NCBI GenBank assembly: GCA_944381155.1
Contig: CALWKA010000001.1
Coordinates: forward strand, 130,529 to 194,528
DNA from: an uncultured Clostridia bacterium
Lineage (GTDB): Bacteria; Bacillota; Clostridia; Christensenellales; UBA1242
Direction: 5' to 3'
Length of the DNA: 64,000 bases
A program made the translations under genes and the position numbers. Of the stretch, positions 45,997 through 56,789 are shown in pieces. Numbering within the stretch: the stretch's first letter is position 1; each line of letters starts with the position of its first letter. The notes under the pieces are model-generated. The model saw only the letters and a list, made by a program, of their open reading frames with translations, was not told where the DNA came from and ran no database searches.

Positions 45997-46629
45997 GTGG
46001 AAAAAGCTATTATTGGTAGAAAGATCGGTATGACGCAAGTGTTCACCGATGACGGCAGAGTGGAACCTGTGACAGTTATTGAAGCAGGTCCTTGCTATGT
46101 GACTCAAATCAAAACGACAGATACAGACGGCTACAATTCAGTGCAGGTAGCATTTGGCGACATCAAAACAAAGAATGTAAACAAGGCACAGACGGGCGCA
46201 TACAAGAAAGCGGGAGTTGAGCCAAAACGCGTGATGAAAGAGTTTAAATATGACGATGTATCAAAATTCAGTCTTGGTCAAGAGATCAAAGCTGATATGT
46301 TCAGCGAAGGCGACCTAGTGGATGTATCCGGCATTACGAAAGGGCACGGATTCACAGGTGTTATCAAACGCTGGAATCAACAGAGATTAAAGATGACTCA
46401 CGGTGTAGGACCTGTGCATAGAGAAGTGGGTTCAATGGGTGCGAACTCAACACCAAGTCGTGTATTCAAAGGTAAAAAGATGCCTGGACATTACGGTAGC
46501 GAAGCCGTGACAGTGCAGAATCTTAAAGTTGTACGCGTGGACGCAGATAGGAATTTGATTTTGGTAAAGGGCGCTATCCCTGGTCCAAAGAAATCAATAG
46601 TTACTATCAAGTCTGCAGTGAAGGCTTAA
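45997..46629 (+). CDS. rplC: 50S ribosomal protein L3
   Basis: GTG start. [12 protein letters not shown]... and conserved cluster position. Confidence 0.97.
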   Translation: MEKAIIGRKIGMTQVFTDDGRVEPVTVIEAGPCYVTQIKTTDTDGYNSVQVAFGDIKTKNVNKAQTGAYKKAGVEPKRVMKEFKYDDVSKFSLGQEIKADMFSEGDLVDVSGITKGHGFTGVIKRWNQQRLKMTHGVGPVHREVGSMGANSTPSRVFKGKKMPGHYGSEAVTVQNLKVVRVDADRNLILVKGAIPGPKKSIVTIKSAVKA

Positions 46630-46640
46630 AGGAGTAAACT

Positions 46641-47264
46641 ATGGTGAAACTAAAAGTTTATAATATGAACAAAGAGGCAGTTGGCAATATTAGTTTGAAC
46701 GATTTAGTGTTCGGCGCAGACTATAACGAACCACTTGTTCATCAAGTGGTGGTGGCATTGCACAACAACGCAAGACAAGGAACGAAATCTACTCTTACTC
46801 GTAGCGAAGTGAACGCTAGTAAGAAAAAGATGTATAGACAAAAAGGTACGGGTGGTGCGCGTCACGACGAAAGAAGTGCTCCACAATTTGACGGCGGTGG
46901 CGTAGTGTTCGCTCCAAAGCCACGCGATTTCAGTCAAAAGATCAACAAAAAGATGAGAGATATAGCATTTTCTTCTGCAATATCACAAAAGATTAGGCAA
47001 GATGAAGTGTATATCCTAGACGAAGTGAAGTTTTTAGACAACAAGACAAAGAGCGCTAGCGAATTTTTGAAGACTTTTGGACTAGATAAACGCACTATCA
47101 TCCTAACAGACGGAAAAGACGAAGGCGTGATGAGAGCAACTGCCAACATTCAAAAGGTAAGTTGTGAAGATGTTATGCTACTTAATGTGGCGCAGGTTGT
47201 GGAAAACACATATCTTGTGTTCACAAAGGATGCTATTAAGAAATTAGAGGAGGCATACGTATAA
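46641..47264 (+). CDS. rplD: 50S ribosomal protein L4
   Basis: 207 aa. KGTGGARH motif and cluster position. Confidence 0.97.
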   Translation: MVKLKVYNMNKEAVGNISLNDLVFGADYNEPLVHQVVVALHNNARQGTKSTLTRSEVNASKKKMYRQKGTGGARHDERSAPQFDGGGVVFAPKPRDFSQKINKKMRDIAFSSAISQKIRQDEVYILDEVKFLDNKTKSASEFLKTFGLDKRTIILTDGKDEGVMRATANIQKVSCEDVMLLNVAQVVENTYLVFTKDAIKKLEEAYV

Positions 47265-47566
47265 TGAAAGCGCAAGAAATAATCTTGGAGCCTATTATGA
47301 CTGAAAAGTCGTACGCAGGCTTCCCAAACAAAGTGTATACATTCAAAGTGAATGTCAATGCAAACAAAGTAGAGATCAAAAAGGCAGTTGAAGAATTGTT
47401 TGAAGTGCAAGTTGCGCGCGTAAACACTGTAAACTGCACAGGAAAAGAAAAATCAAGAAATACAAAAAAAGGTCGAGTAACTGGTCGAACGAGCGATTAC
47501 AAGAAAGCTATTGTTTTCCTAAAACCTGAATCAAAGGCTATCGCATTCTTCGAGAGCTTGAACTAA
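47264..47566 (+). CDS. rplW: 50S ribosomal protein L23
   Basis: 100 aa. TAATG overlap with rplD. ILEPIMTEKS... is typical of L23. Confidence 0.96.
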   Translation: MKAQEIILEPIMTEKSYAGFPNKVYTFKVNVNANKVEIKKAVEELFEVQVARVNTVNCTGKEKSRNTKKGRVTGRTSDYKKAIVFLKPESKAIAFFESLN

Positions 47567-47578
47567 AAGGAGTAGATT

Positions 47579-48415
47579 ATGGCGATAAGAAAGATAAAAC
47601 CTACATCTGCCGGCAGTAGATTCAAAACCTACAAGACATACGACGAATTGACAAAAGATGCAGTAGCACCAAAGTCATTGCTGACAGAAGTGAAGAAGAC
47701 AGGCGGTCGTAATGCTCAAGGAAAGATCACCGTTCGAAACATCGGTGGCGCTAATAGGCGTAAATATAGGAAGATCGATTTCAAGCGTAACAAAGATGGA
47801 ATCGTGGCAAAAGTTGAAAGCATACAATACGATCCAAACAGAACAGCATATATTGCATTGTTGACTTATGCTGACGGAGAAAAAAGATTTATCCTTGCTC
47901 CAAAAGGACTGAATGTAGGGGACAAGGTAATGAGCGGAGCGGGCGCAGAGATCAAGCCGGGCAACGCTCTTGAATTGAAAGATATTCCGCTAGGAGCTAT
48001 CGTTCACAACATTGAATTGCAACCAGGCAAGGGCGGACAGATGGCAAGAAGTGCGGGAATGTCTGCACAACTTATGGCAAAAGAAGGAGCGTACGCAACT
48101 TTGCGTTTGCCTTCTGGCGAAATGAGGAAAGTGCTTGCAGTATGTCGTGCCACAATCGGTACGATTGGCAATGAAGAAAATGAAATCGTGTCCTTGGGAA
48201 AAGCTGGACGCAAACGCCATTTGGGCATCCGTCCATCAGTGCGTGGTTCTGCAATGAACCCAGTGGATCACCCACACGGCGGTGGTGAAGGTAAGTCACC
48301 AGTTGGACACGCAGGTCCTGTCACTCCTTGGGGTAAACCAGCTCTTGGATACAAGACTAGAAAACATAAAAAGGCTAGTGACAAATTGATTGTCAAGAGA
48401 GCCAAAGCTAAGTAG
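47579..48415 (+). CDS. rplB: 50S ribosomal protein L2
   Basis: 278 aa. [15 protein letters not shown]... and [12 protein letters not shown]. Confidence 0.98.
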   Translation: MAIRKIKPTSAGSRFKTYKTYDELTKDAVAPKSLLTEVKKTGGRNAQGKITVRNIGGANRRKYRKIDFKRNKDGIVAKVESIQYDPNRTAYIALLTYADGEKRFILAPKGLNVGDKVMSGAGAEIKPGNALELKDIPLGAIVHNIELQPGKGGQMARSAGMSAQLMAKEGAYATLRLPSGEMRKVLAVCRATIGTIGNEENEIVSLGKAGRKRHLGIRPSVRGSAMNPVDHPHGGGEGKSPVGHAGPVTPWGKPALGYKTRKHKKASDKLIVKRAKAK

Positions 48416-48424
48416 GAGTAGTTT

Positions 48425-48703
48425 ATGAGTAGAAGTTTGAAGAAAAAACCATTTGTGGAAGAAAGATTGATGCAACGAATTACTGAAATGAACGAAAAGA
48501 ACGAGAAAAAGGCAATCAAGACTTGGTCGCGTTCAAGCACGATCTATCCAGAATTTGTAGGGCATACAATTGCTGTACACAATGGTAAAAAACATATACC
48601 TGTATATTGCACTGTGGATATGGTGGGTCACAAGTTGGGCGAATTTGCACCTACTCGTACCTTCAAAGGTCACAAGCAAAAAGAAGTAAAAGGTAAAAAG
48701 TAG
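48425..48703 (+). CDS. rpsS: 30S ribosomal protein S19
   Basis: 92 aa. [11 protein letters not shown]... and [16 protein letters not shown]. Confidence 0.98.
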   Translation: MSRSLKKKPFVEERLMQRITEMNEKNEKKAIKTWSRSSTIYPEFVGHTIAVHNGKKHIPVYCTVDMVGHKLGEFAPTRTFKGHKQKEVKGKK

Positions 48704-48712
48704 GAGTGAACT

Positions 48713-49105
48713 ATGGCAAAGAGAATTAGAGAAAAAACAGAAAAAATCAAAGCAATCAAAGATACTCGTCCGTATGCTTGTGTTCGTCATGTTCGTCTTT
48801 CTCCTACAAAGGCAAAGATTGTTATCGACACAGTACGAGGCAAGAGTTATGATGATGCAGTGGCAATTTTGTCAAATATGCCACAAGATGCAGCGGCAAT
48901 TCTTTTGAAAGTGGTAAAATCTGCGGGCGCAAATGCTGAACATAATAAAGGAATGAATGTTCACGATTTGAAATTGGCAGAAGTGGTGCTAGGAGCGGGT
49001 CCTACACGCGTAAACAAAGTTTATTTCCGCGGAAGAGCACACGGTGCTGATAGAATTGTCACAAGAACTAGCCATATCAAAGTTGTGCTAGATGTAAAGG
49101 AGTAG
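48713..49105 (+). CDS. rplV: 50S ribosomal protein L22
   Basis: 130 aa, cluster position. VRLSPTKAKIVIDTVRGK. Confidence 0.96.
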   Translation: MAKRIREKTEKIKAIKDTRPYACVRHVRLSPTKAKIVIDTVRGKSYDDAVAILSNMPQDAAAILLKVVKSAGANAEHNKGMNVHDLKLAEVVLGAGPTRVNKVYFRGRAHGADRIVTRTSHIKVVLDVKE

Positions 49106-49109
49106 AAGT

Positions 49110-49784
49110 ATGGGACAAAAAGTTAATCCGAATGGAATGAGAATTGGTATCAACAAGACTTGGAATTCTTTTTGGTACACAGACAAAAAGAACATCGCAA
49201 AGAACATTAAGGAAGATAATGTAATCCGTAACTATATCCTTAAAGAATATAAAAGTTGTGCAATTTCAAGCGTTTTGATTGAGAGAACGAACGATTCAAT
49301 CACAGTGACTATCACCACTGCAAAACCTGGAATTTTGATTGGACAAAAGGGTGCAGGAGTGGAAGCACTTAAGAAAAATGTTGAAAAATTGACCAACGCA
49401 AAGAAAGTCAATGTAAATATAGTTGAACAGAAAAATCCAGACTTAGATGCAAAGTTGGTGGCAGAATCAATCGCTAGTCAACTTGAAAAGCGTGCTCAAT
49501 TCCGCAGAGTGATGAAGTCTGCTATGCAAAGAGTGATGAGAGCGGGCGCAGTAGGCGTGAAGACAATGGTATCTGGCCGTCTAGATGGTGCAGAAATTGC
49601 GCGTAGCGAACACTATCACGAAGGTTCACTTCCTCTCCACACTATCCGAGCAAATATTGACTATGCTTGCACAGAAGCGCACACGACTTTTGGTGTATTA
49701 GGTGTAAAAGTTTGGATAAACAAAGGTGAAATTTTGGGTAAAGTTTCTCAAAGTTCAGTAAATCACAAGAAAGGAGAAAACTAA
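49110..49784 (+). CDS. rpsC: 30S ribosomal protein S3
   Basis: 224 aa. [14 protein letters not shown]... Confidence 0.98.
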   Translation: MGQKVNPNGMRIGINKTWNSFWYTDKKNIAKNIKEDNVIRNYILKEYKSCAISSVLIERTNDSITVTITTAKPGILIGQKGAGVEALKKNVEKLTNAKKVNVNIVEQKNPDLDAKLVAESIASQLEKRAQFRRVMKSAMQRVMRAGAVGVKTMVSGRLDGAEIARSEHYHEGSLPLHTIRANIDYACTEAHTTFGVLGVKVWINKGEILGKVSQSSVNHKKGEN

Positions 49785-49785
49785 T

Positions 49786-50217
49786 ATGTTAATGCCTAAG
49801 AGAGAAAAGAGAAGAAAGCAACATCGTGGACGAATGACAGGTCGTGCTATTCGTGGTAGCAAAGTGGTGTACGGAGATTATGGGCTTCAAGCCACTGAAC
49901 CTTGTTGGATCACACCTAACCAACTTGAAGCAGCGCGTGTTGCAATCAACAGATATATGAAGCGTGGCGGTAAACTTTGGATAAAAGTTTTCCCAGACAA
50001 ACCTATCACGAAGAAACCTGCAGACACTCGTATGGGTAGCGGAAAAGGTGCGCAGGTTGGTCACGTAGCAGTTGTGAAGCGTGACAGAGTGATTATCGAA
50101 GTGAGCGGACCAAGTGAAGAAATTTGTTTGGAAGCACTCCGACTTGCTTCACATAAACTTCCTTGCAAGACTAAAGTAGTCTATAAGGAAAAAGGCGGTG
50201 AAAACAATGAAGAATAA
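49786..50217 (+). CDS. rplP: 50S ribosomal protein L16
   Basis: 143 aa. [17 protein letters not shown]... Confidence 0.97.
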   Translation: MLMPKREKRRKQHRGRMTGRAIRGSKVVYGDYGLQATEPCWITPNQLEAARVAINRYMKRGGKLWIKVFPDKPITKKPADTRMGSGKGAQVGHVAVVKRDRVIIEVSGPSEEICLEALRLASHKLPCKTKVVYKEKGGENNEE

Positions 50218-50404
50218 TTATAGAGAACTATCAATTCAAGAGTTGACAGCGGAAGAAGGAAAATTGAGAAGCGAACTATTTAATCTCACTTTCCAGCACA
50301 AAGTTGGTCAGCTGACAGACACATCAAGAATTAAAATTGTTCGCAAGAACATCGCTAGGGTAAAGACTGCCCTAAAAGAAAAATTGGCTGGAACGAAGGA
50401 GTAA
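50207..50404 (+). CDS. rpmC: 50S ribosomal protein L29
   Basis: ATG at 50207 overlaps the rplP end (the track's GTG at 50198 is an alternative). [20 protein letters not shown] is typical of L29. Confidence 0.93.
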   Translation: MKNNYRELSIQELTAEEGKLRSELFNLTFQHKVGQLTDTSRIKIVRKNIARVKTALKEKLAGTKE

Positions 50405-50407
50405 TGT

Positions 50408-50668
50408 ATGGAAAGTAAAGTAGTAAACCGCAAGACGATTCAAGGTGTTGTTGTTTCTGACAAAATGGACAAGACCATTACTGTTTTGGTCACCAGCAAG
50501 AAAAGACACCCAATATATAAAAAATATACGACTTATACAAAAAAATATAAAGCTCACGATGAGAAGAATGAAGCGCATATTGGCGACACAGTTTTGATTG
50601 TGGAAACTCGCCCTATGAGCAAAGACAAATATTTCAGACTTCTTTCTATCGTTGAAAGAGCGAAGTAG
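50408..50668 (+). CDS. rpsQ: 30S ribosomal protein S17
   Basis: 86 aa. [18 protein letters not shown]... Confidence 0.97.
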   Translation: MESKVVNRKTIQGVVVSDKMDKTITVLVTSKKRHPIYKKYTTYTKKYKAHDEKNEAHIGDTVLIVETRPMSKDKYFRLLSIVERAK

Positions 50669-50677
50669 GAGGCAGGT

Positions 50678-51046
50678 ATGATTCAACCATTATCAAGATT
50701 GAAAGTTGCCGACAATACAGGTGCAAAAGAAATTATGTGCATCCGTTGTTTAGGTGGCTCAGTGAGAAAATTTGCAAATATCGGTGATATCATCGTGGCT
50801 TCTGTCAAAAAAGCGGATCCAGACGGAAAGGTGAAAAAGGGCGATGTGGTTATGGCAGTAATCGTGCGCTCTAAAAAGGGAGTGCAAAGACCAGACGGCA
50901 GTTCAATCAAATTTGATGAAAACGCCGCTGTGATTATTGACAAACAAAAGGCGCCAAGAGGTACGCGTGTGTTTGGACCGATTGCAAGAGAACTTCGTGC
51001 TAGGGGATTCAATCAAATAATCTCATTGGCACCAGAAGTATTATAG
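50678..51046 (+). CDS. rplN: 50S ribosomal protein L14
   Basis: 122 aa. [18 protein letters not shown]... Confidence 0.98.
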   Translation: MIQPLSRLKVADNTGAKEIMCIRCLGGSVRKFANIGDIIVASVKKADPDGKVKKGDVVMAVIVRSKKGVQRPDGSSIKFDENAAVIIDKQKAPRGTRVFGPIARELRARGFNQIISLAPEVL

Positions 51047-51055
51047 GAGGCAGAG

Positions 51056-51556
51056 ATGAAGTATAGTATAAAGAAAGGCGACAATGTACTTGTACTTGCG
51101 GGAAAGGATGCAAAAAAATCTGGTGAAGTGCTAGAAGTGAATAGAGAAACCGGACGCGTGATCGTAGCGGGAGTAAACATTCAAGCGCATCACAAAAAAC
51201 CTAGAAGCAAGGATGATAAGGGTGGTATTTTAAAGACTGAAGGCGCTATTGACATTAGCAATGTTCAAGTCATCTGCCCAGTATGCAAGAAAGCAACTCG
51301 CGTATCACATTCAGTACAAGGAGATACAAAATCTCGTATTTGCAAAAAATGTGGCGCATCTTTGGATGTTGCAAAGGCAAAGAAGGCTACCAAAAAGGTA
51401 GAATCTAGTGCAAAGAAGGCTCAAAAGGCTGAAAAAACAGAAGCGGAAGAAAGCAAGAAAGCGACAAAGACAGCTTCTAAAAAGAAAGTTCAAAAGAGCG
51501 AAAGTGCAGAAAGCACAGCTACGAAAAAGACTGCAAAAAGCAGTAAAAAGGCATAA
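51056..51556 (+). CDS. rplX: 50S ribosomal protein L24 (Cys4 zinc-ribbon form) with a Lys/Ala/Ser-rich C-terminal extension of about 60 aa
   Basis: 166 aa. KOW region KKGDNVLVLAGKDAKKSG. The Cys4 motif CPVCKK...CKKCG matches Thermus-type L24. The tail is KAKKATKKVESSAKKAQKAEK...KKTAKSSKKA. Confidence 0.95.
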   Translation: MKYSIKKGDNVLVLAGKDAKKSGEVLEVNRETGRVIVAGVNIQAHHKKPRSKDDKGGILKTEGAIDISNVQVICPVCKKATRVSHSVQGDTKSRICKKCGASLDVAKAKKATKKVESSAKKAQKAEKTEAEESKKATKTASKKKVQKSESAESTATKKTAKSSKKA

Positions 51557-51569
51557 AGGAGTATGACTT

Positions 51570-52127
51570 ATGGAAAAAGAAATTAATAGGCGTCATGCAT
51601 ACTACAACGAAGTGGTCAAAAAAGCTTTGAAAGAGAAATTTGGTTATAAAAATGTAATGGAAATACCAAAGCTCGACAAAATTGTTTTGAGTCTTCGTCT
51701 AGGTAAAGAAAAAGGAAATGCAAAAAGTTTCAACACTGCAGTAGAAGAATTGACTTTAATTGCAGGACAAAAGGCAGTGGTGACGAAAGCGAAAAAATCA
51801 GTTGCAAATTTCAAACTTCGTCAAGGGGAAAAGATTGGTGCAAAAGTGACTCTACGCGGAGAAAAGATGTATGAGTTTTTTGACAGATTGATCTCAATAG
51901 CACTTCCACGCGTGAGAGACTTCCAAGGACTCAGCACAAAATCTTTTGATGGACGAGGAAATTATAGTTTCGGTGTGAAAGAGCAGATCATATTCCCTGA
52001 AATCGTATACGACAAAATTGATTCAGTGAGAGGATTTGATATCATATTCGTAACTACCGCAAAATCGAACGAAGAGGCGCTTGAATTGTTAAAATTGATG
52101 GGCGTTCCGTTCAAGAAGAGTAAATAG
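51570..52127 (+). CDS. rplE: 50S ribosomal protein L5
   Basis: 185 aa, cluster position, typical L5 sequence. Confidence 0.97.
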   Translation: MEKEINRRHAYYNEVVKKALKEKFGYKNVMEIPKLDKIVLSLRLGKEKGNAKSFNTAVEELTLIAGQKAVVTKAKKSVANFKLRQGEKIGAKVTLRGEKMYEFFDRLISIALPRVRDFQGLSTKSFDGRGNYSFGVKEQIIFPEIVYDKIDSVRGFDIIFVTTAKSNEEALELLKLMGVPFKKSK

Positions 52128-52136
52128 GAGTGAATT

Positions 52137-52322
52137 ATGGCAAGAAAAGCAATGGTAAATAAACAACAAAGAAAGCAAAAGTTCACAACTCGTGAATACA
52201 CGAGATGTTCTATTTGCGGTCGTCCACACGCCGTACTTAAAAAATATGGAATTTGCAGAATTTGTTTTAGAAATTTAGCTAGCAAAGGTGAAATCCCTGG
52301 CGTTAAGAAGGCTAGTTGGTAA
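52137..52322 (+). CDS. rpsZ: 30S ribosomal protein S14 type Z (zinc-binding)
   Basis: 61 aa. [22 protein letters not shown]. Confidence 0.97.
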   Translation: MARKAMVNKQQRKQKFTTREYTRCSICGRPHAVLKKYGICRICFRNLASKGEIPGVKKASW

Positions 52323-52334
52323 AAGGAGAGAAGT

Positions 52335-52733
52335 ATGTTAAGTTTAGACCCTATCGCAGATATGCTTACTCGTATTCGTAATGCGAATGCCAATAAGCAC
52401 GAAAGTGTGCTTGTTCCACAATCAAAGACTAAACTCGCAATCGCCAAAATCTTGAAAGATGAAGGATATATTGTAGATTACAAGTCTAGCGAAGAAAATG
52501 GAATCAAGATGATAGAAATCACACTAAAATATGGTCCTAATGGTGAAAAAGTCATCCAAGGATTGAAAAGAATCAGCAAACCGGGATTAAGAATTTATGC
52601 TAATACTGAACAATTACCAAAAGTTCTTAACGGGTTGGGAATAGCAATTGTGTCTACTAGCAAAGGCATCATCACAGATAAAGTTGCTAGGAAAATGAAT
52701 GTAGGCGGCGAAGTGCTAGCCTATGTATGGTAG
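52335..52733 (+). CDS. rpsH: 30S ribosomal protein S8
   Basis: 132 aa. [13 protein letters not shown]... Confidence 0.98.
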   Translation: MLSLDPIADMLTRIRNANANKHESVLVPQSKTKLAIAKILKDEGYIVDYKSSEENGIKMIEITLKYGPNGEKVIQGLKRISKPGLRIYANTEQLPKVLNGLGIAIVSTSKGIITDKVARKMNVGGEVLAYVW

Positions 52734-52744
52734 AGAGGTGAGTT

Positions 52745-53290
52745 ATGTCAAGAATTGGAAAATTGCCTATCTCAATACCTAGTGGCGTGACAGTGGAAGT
52801 CAAAGACAATGTGGTCACAGTCAAAGGTGCAAAAGATACTTTATCTCAAGCATATTCAAAAAATGTGACAGTGGAAGTCAAAGACAACGAAGTGATCGTC
52901 ACCCGCAATGATGACACAAGAGATTCGAATGCAAAACAAGGCTTGTATCGTCAACTTATACACAATATGATTGTAGGGGTAAAAGATGGATTCAAGAAAT
53001 CTTTGACCGTACAAGGAGTTGGTTATAAATTGTCAAAACAAGGCAAAAAATTAGTAATGAATTTAGGATTGAGCCATCCGGTTGAATTTGAAGAAGTTGA
53101 AGGAATCACGCTTGAAGTTCCAGACAACAACACCATTTTAGTAAAAGGTGCAAACAAAGAATTGGTTGGTGAAATCGCTGCGAAAATCAAAGCATTAAGA
53201 CCTATAGAACCTTACCACGGATATGGAATCCACTACACGAGCGATCGCGTGATTTTGAAACCTGGTAAGTCTGCAGGCAAAAAGAAGTAG
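52745..53290 (+). CDS. rplF: 50S ribosomal protein L6
   Basis: 181 aa. MSRIGKLPISIPSGV... Confidence 0.98.
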   Translation: MSRIGKLPISIPSGVTVEVKDNVVTVKGAKDTLSQAYSKNVTVEVKDNEVIVTRNDDTRDSNAKQGLYRQLIHNMIVGVKDGFKKSLTVQGVGYKLSKQGKKLVMNLGLSHPVEFEEVEGITLEVPDNNTILVKGANKELVGEIAAKIKALRPIEPYHGYGIHYTSDRVILKPGKSAGKKK

Positions 53291-53301
53291 GAGGTTAAGT
53301 T

Positions 53302-53670
53302 ATGATTAGTAAGATTAATAAAAATTCTCAACGCGTAAAACGCCATATCAAATTACGTCACGACTTAACAGGCACTAGTGTTCGCCCAAGACTATGTGTG
53401 TATAGAAGTTTGAATCACATCTATGCGCAGATAATTGACGATACGAAAGCAAAGACATTAGTTGCTTGCAACACTACTCAAAAAGAAATACAAGAAAAAG
53501 TAAAAGGTATGACAAACAAAGAGCAAGCAAGATATGTGGGAACTGAAATTGCTCGCCTAGCAAAGAAGAAAAAAATAGATGAAGTTGTATTTGATCGTGG
53601 CGGATACCTTTATACAGGAAGAGTGAAAGAACTTGCTGACGGCGCTAGAGCTGCTGGCTTGAAATTTTAA
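53302..53670 (+). CDS. rplR: 50S ribosomal protein L18
   Basis: 122 aa. RPRLCVYRSLNHIYAQIIDD... Confidence 0.97.
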   Translation: MISKINKNSQRVKRHIKLRHDLTGTSVRPRLCVYRSLNHIYAQIIDDTKAKTLVACNTTQKEIQEKVKGMTNKEQARYVGTEIARLAKKKKIDEVVFDRGGYLYTGRVKELADGARAAGLKF

Positions 53671-53679
53671 GGAGAAATT

Positions 53680-54195
53680 ATGGCACAAAAACGAGAATTT
53701 AGAAAACCAAGGGTTGAAGAAAAAGACGAGTTTGACAAGAAGATGTTGGATGTTAGGCGTGTGACGAAAGTTGTCAAAGGCGGTCGTACTATGCGTTTCT
53801 CTGCTCTTGTTGTAGTAGGAGATAAAAAAGGTAGAGTTGGTATGGGTATAGCAAAAGCTAGCGAAGTGCCAGCCGCTATTGAAAAAGCAACTAAAGCTGC
53901 GAAAAAAGCAGTTATCCTTGTTCCAATCATAGACGGAACAATTCCACACGAAACTATTGGAAAGTTTGCTAAAACTAGCGTGAAAATGCTTCCTTCTAAA
54001 AAGGGTAGCGGACTCATCGCTGGTGGTGCTGCTCGTACAGTTTTTGAAATGGCAGGTTATACTGACATCAGTGCAAAAATTTATGGTTCTACTGACAAAA
54101 TCAATGTGGTTAGAGCAACTCTCAATGGACTTAAAGATATGAGGACAAAAGAACAAGTTGCTATGCTTCGTGGTAAATCAGTAGAAGAAATTTAG
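53680..54195 (+). CDS. rpsE: 30S ribosomal protein S5
   Basis: 171 aa. VRRVTKVVKGGRTMRFSALVVVGD... Confidence 0.98.
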   Translation: MAQKREFRKPRVEEKDEFDKKMLDVRRVTKVVKGGRTMRFSALVVVGDKKGRVGMGIAKASEVPAAIEKATKAAKKAVILVPIIDGTIPHETIGKFAKTSVKMLPSKKGSGLIAGGAARTVFEMAGYTDISAKIYGSTDKINVVRATLNGLKDMRTKEQVAMLRGKSVEEI

Positions 54196-54203
54196 GAGGA
54201 CTT

Positions 54204-54401
54204 ATGGCTAAAAAACAAGAAAAGACAATCAAAGTGACGCTTGTTAAGAGCGCAACAGGCTTTGACAAACGCCAAGCAAAGATTTTGGAAGCTTTGGGCT
54301 TCAAAAAACTTGGTCAGACAAGAGTTCTTCCTGACAATGATTGCATAAGAGGTAGCATCTTCAAAGTAAAACACTTGTTGAAAGTGGAAGAAGACGCATA
54401 A
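54204..54401 (+). CDS. rpmD: 50S ribosomal protein L30
   Basis: 65 aa. [24 protein letters not shown]. Confidence 0.95.
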   Translation: MAKKQEKTIKVTLVKSATGFDKRQAKILEALGFKKLGQTRVLPDNDCIRGSIFKVKHLLKVEEDA

Positions 54402-54412
54402 AGGAGAAAATT

Positions 54413-54859
54413 ATGTATATACACGATTTAAAAAACGCAGAAGGAGAGAAGACTAGCAAAAAAAGACTTGGCAGAGGTATCGGTAGCGGTATAGGCAAGA
54501 CTTCTGGTAAGGGACACAAAGGTCAGAATGCGCGTTCTGGCGGTGGAGTTCGTCCTGGCTTTGAAGGTGGTCAAAATCCTTTATACAGGCGTATACCTGC
54601 ACGCGGATTTAGCAATGCTAAATTCAAAAAGGTGTATTCAGTGGTGAATGTGAGCAGTTTGAATAACTTTGAGCCTAATACTGTCGTTGACGCTGTGAAA
54701 CTTCTCGAAAGTGGAATTTTGTCAAAGATTGAAAAAGATGGCGTAAAGATTTTGGGCAATGGTGAATTGTCTGTCGCTCTCAAGGTTGTGGCAAATAAAT
54801 TCACTGCGCAAGCAAAAGAAAAGATTATAGCACAAGGTGGCAGTGTAGAGGAGGTATAA
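54413..54859 (+). CDS. rplO: 50S ribosomal protein L15
   Basis: 148 aa. Gly/Lys/Arg-rich N-terminus [19 protein letters not shown]. Confidence 0.97.
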   Translation: MYIHDLKNAEGEKTSKKRLGRGIGSGIGKTSGKGHKGQNARSGGGVRPGFEGGQNPLYRRIPARGFSNAKFKKVYSVVNVSSLNNFEPNTVVDAVKLLESGILSKIEKDGVKILGNGELSVALKVVANKFTAQAKEKIIAQGGSVEEV

Positions 54860-56166
54860 TGTTCAAGACATTAGCTGACGCATTCAAAATCAAAGAAATA
54901 AGAAACAAGTTGCTATTGACTTTGGTTCTTCTCTTTGTTTATCGTCTCGGCTGTTGGTTGCCAATTCCAGGCATAGACACTGACGCGCTCGGTGTCAATG
55001 TGGAAGGTAGCACATTTTTAAGTTTGTTAAGTGCGGTGAGCGGTGGAGCGCTAGCGCAAGGCTCGTTCTTGGCACTCGGTGTGTCACCTTATATCACTTC
55101 TTCAATCATAATTCAGTTGCTTGCAGCAGTGATTCCTAGTTGGCAAAGGATGTCAAAAGAAGGCGCTGATGGTAGGAAAAAGATTAGCAGATATACAAAG
55201 ATCGCTGCCTTGATTATCGCACTCGCTCAAGCTATTGGTATAGCGGTGGGGTTCGGTACAGCAGGAAGTGCACATCTTGATATATTTGGCGGAAATGAGG
55301 CACTTTGCTATACATTCATAGTCATTATGTTGGTTGCAGGTGCTATGTTCACTGTTTGGCTTGGCGAAAAGATTACTGAAATCGGCATCGGCAATGGTAT
55401 GTCATTATTGATTTTCGTGGGAATTTTGGCTAGTGCCGCTAGCGGTATTGTAAACAATTTCCAAAACTTGTTTGTGGGTGGAGAGACCACTCAAACTGCT
55501 ATTTGGCAATTGGTGTTATTCCTTGTGGCATTGATTGCAATATTTGCTCTCGTTGTATTCGTCGATGGTGGCGAAAGACGCGTGGGCGTGCAATATGCAA
55601 AACAGATGAAAGGTAGGAAACTTTATGGTGGACAATCTACTTATATTCCTATCAGAGTGAACGCAAATGGCGTTATGCCTATCATATTCGCAAGTGCGTT
55701 GCTCACTTTCCCACAATTATTGATGAGCATTTTCGATTCAGATTCTAGTTCTGGGTTCGTGCAATGGTGGAATAAGTGGATCGGCGCAGGAAGTTGGGTG
55801 TATGCAATATTGTTGGCACTTTTGATTCTAGCATTTGCATACTTCTATACTATGATAAACTTTGATACAGAAGAAATCAGTAGGCAAATTCAGCAAAATG
55901 GTGGATTTATTCCAGGCATTCGTCCGGGTAAACCTACATCTCAATATTTGAATGGCATAAACAAACGCATCACATTATTTGGCGCAATATTCCTAGCATT
56001 TATGGCGCTCATTCCTACTCTCGTATTCACAGCAATCGGCACGGGTGGATTAAACAGCGCATTCAGTGCTACAGGTATGTTGATTGTCGTATCAGTTGCA
56101 CTTGAATTTGACAAGCAATTGGAAGCACAGATGATGATGAAAAATTATAGAGGATTTTTGAAATAG
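54859..56166 (+). CDS. secY: preprotein translocase subunit SecY
   Basis: 435 aa, polytopic. TAATG overlap with rplO. Conserved position in the spc cluster. Confidence 0.97.
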   Translation: MFKTLADAFKIKEIRNKLLLTLVLLFVYRLGCWLPIPGIDTDALGVNVEGSTFLSLLSAVSGGALAQGSFLALGVSPYITSSIIIQLLAAVIPSWQRMSKEGADGRKKISRYTKIAALIIALAQAIGIAVGFGTAGSAHLDIFGGNEALCYTFIVIMLVAGAMFTVWLGEKITEIGIGNGMSLLIFVGILASAASGIVNNFQNLFVGGETTQTAIWQLVLFLVALIAIFALVVFVDGGERRVGVQYAKQMKGRKLYGGQSTYIPIRVNANGVMPIIFASALLTFPQLLMSIFDSDSSSGFVQWWNKWIGAGSWVYAILLALLILAFAYFYTMINFDTEEISRQIQQNGGFIPGIRPGKPTSQYLNGINKRITLFGAIFLAFMALIPTLVFTAIGTGGLNSAFSATGMLIVVSVALEFDKQLEAQMMMKNYRGFLK

Positions 56167-56174
56167 GGGTGAAA

Positions 56175-56789
56175 ATGAATATTGTTCTATTAGGAATTCA
56201 AGGTTCAGGAAAGGGCACTTTGGTGCAAGATTTGTCAAAGCATTTAGATTTCTCACTCGTATCTGTGGGCGCGCTACTTCGTGAGGAGATCGCCACAGGT
56301 TCGCAGTTGGGCAAATTGATAAAATCAAAGACGGACAAAGGCGAATTGGTAGATATCAAAATCGTCATTGAAACGGTGAAGAAAAAGTTGTCAGAAAATA
56401 AAAAACCTATTGTTATATTCGACGGCTTCCCACGCTCAAAAGAGCAGGCGGATGAATTGGATAAAATTTGCAATGTTGACCTTGCAATCTATCTCAATTT
56501 GAAAAAGGATGACGCTATCAAGCGCATTATGAATAGACTCACTTGTTCAAAATGTGGGAATATCACCACGCGAACGAATTGTCCAGATATGATTTGTCCG
56601 ATTTGCAAAGGAAAGTTGACAGTGCGTAGCGACGACACGCCTGAAGCGGTGAACAAACGATTTGAACAATACGAATTGGAGACCTATCCATTGATTGAAA
56701 GATATAAAAAACGCGGAGTTTTGGTAGAGATTGATGCTTCCAAAACTCCAAACGAAGTTTTAAAAGCAGTTATGAAGGTAATAAAATGA
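56175..56789 (+). CDS. adk: adenylate kinase (zinc-lid type, divergent P-loop)
   Basis: MNIVLLGIQGSGKGT..., lid CSKCG...CPICKG. The ATG follows AGGGGTGA. The GTG at 56169 is an alternative start. Confidence 0.9.
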   Translation: MNIVLLGIQGSGKGTLVQDLSKHLDFSLVSVGALLREEIATGSQLGKLIKSKTDKGELVDIKIVIETVKKKLSENKKPIVIFDGFPRSKEQADELDKICNVDLAIYLNLKKDDAIKRIMNRLTCSKCGNITTRTNCPDMICPICKGKLTVRSDDTPEAVNKRFEQYELETYPLIERYKKRGVLVEIDASKTPNEVLKAVMKVIK

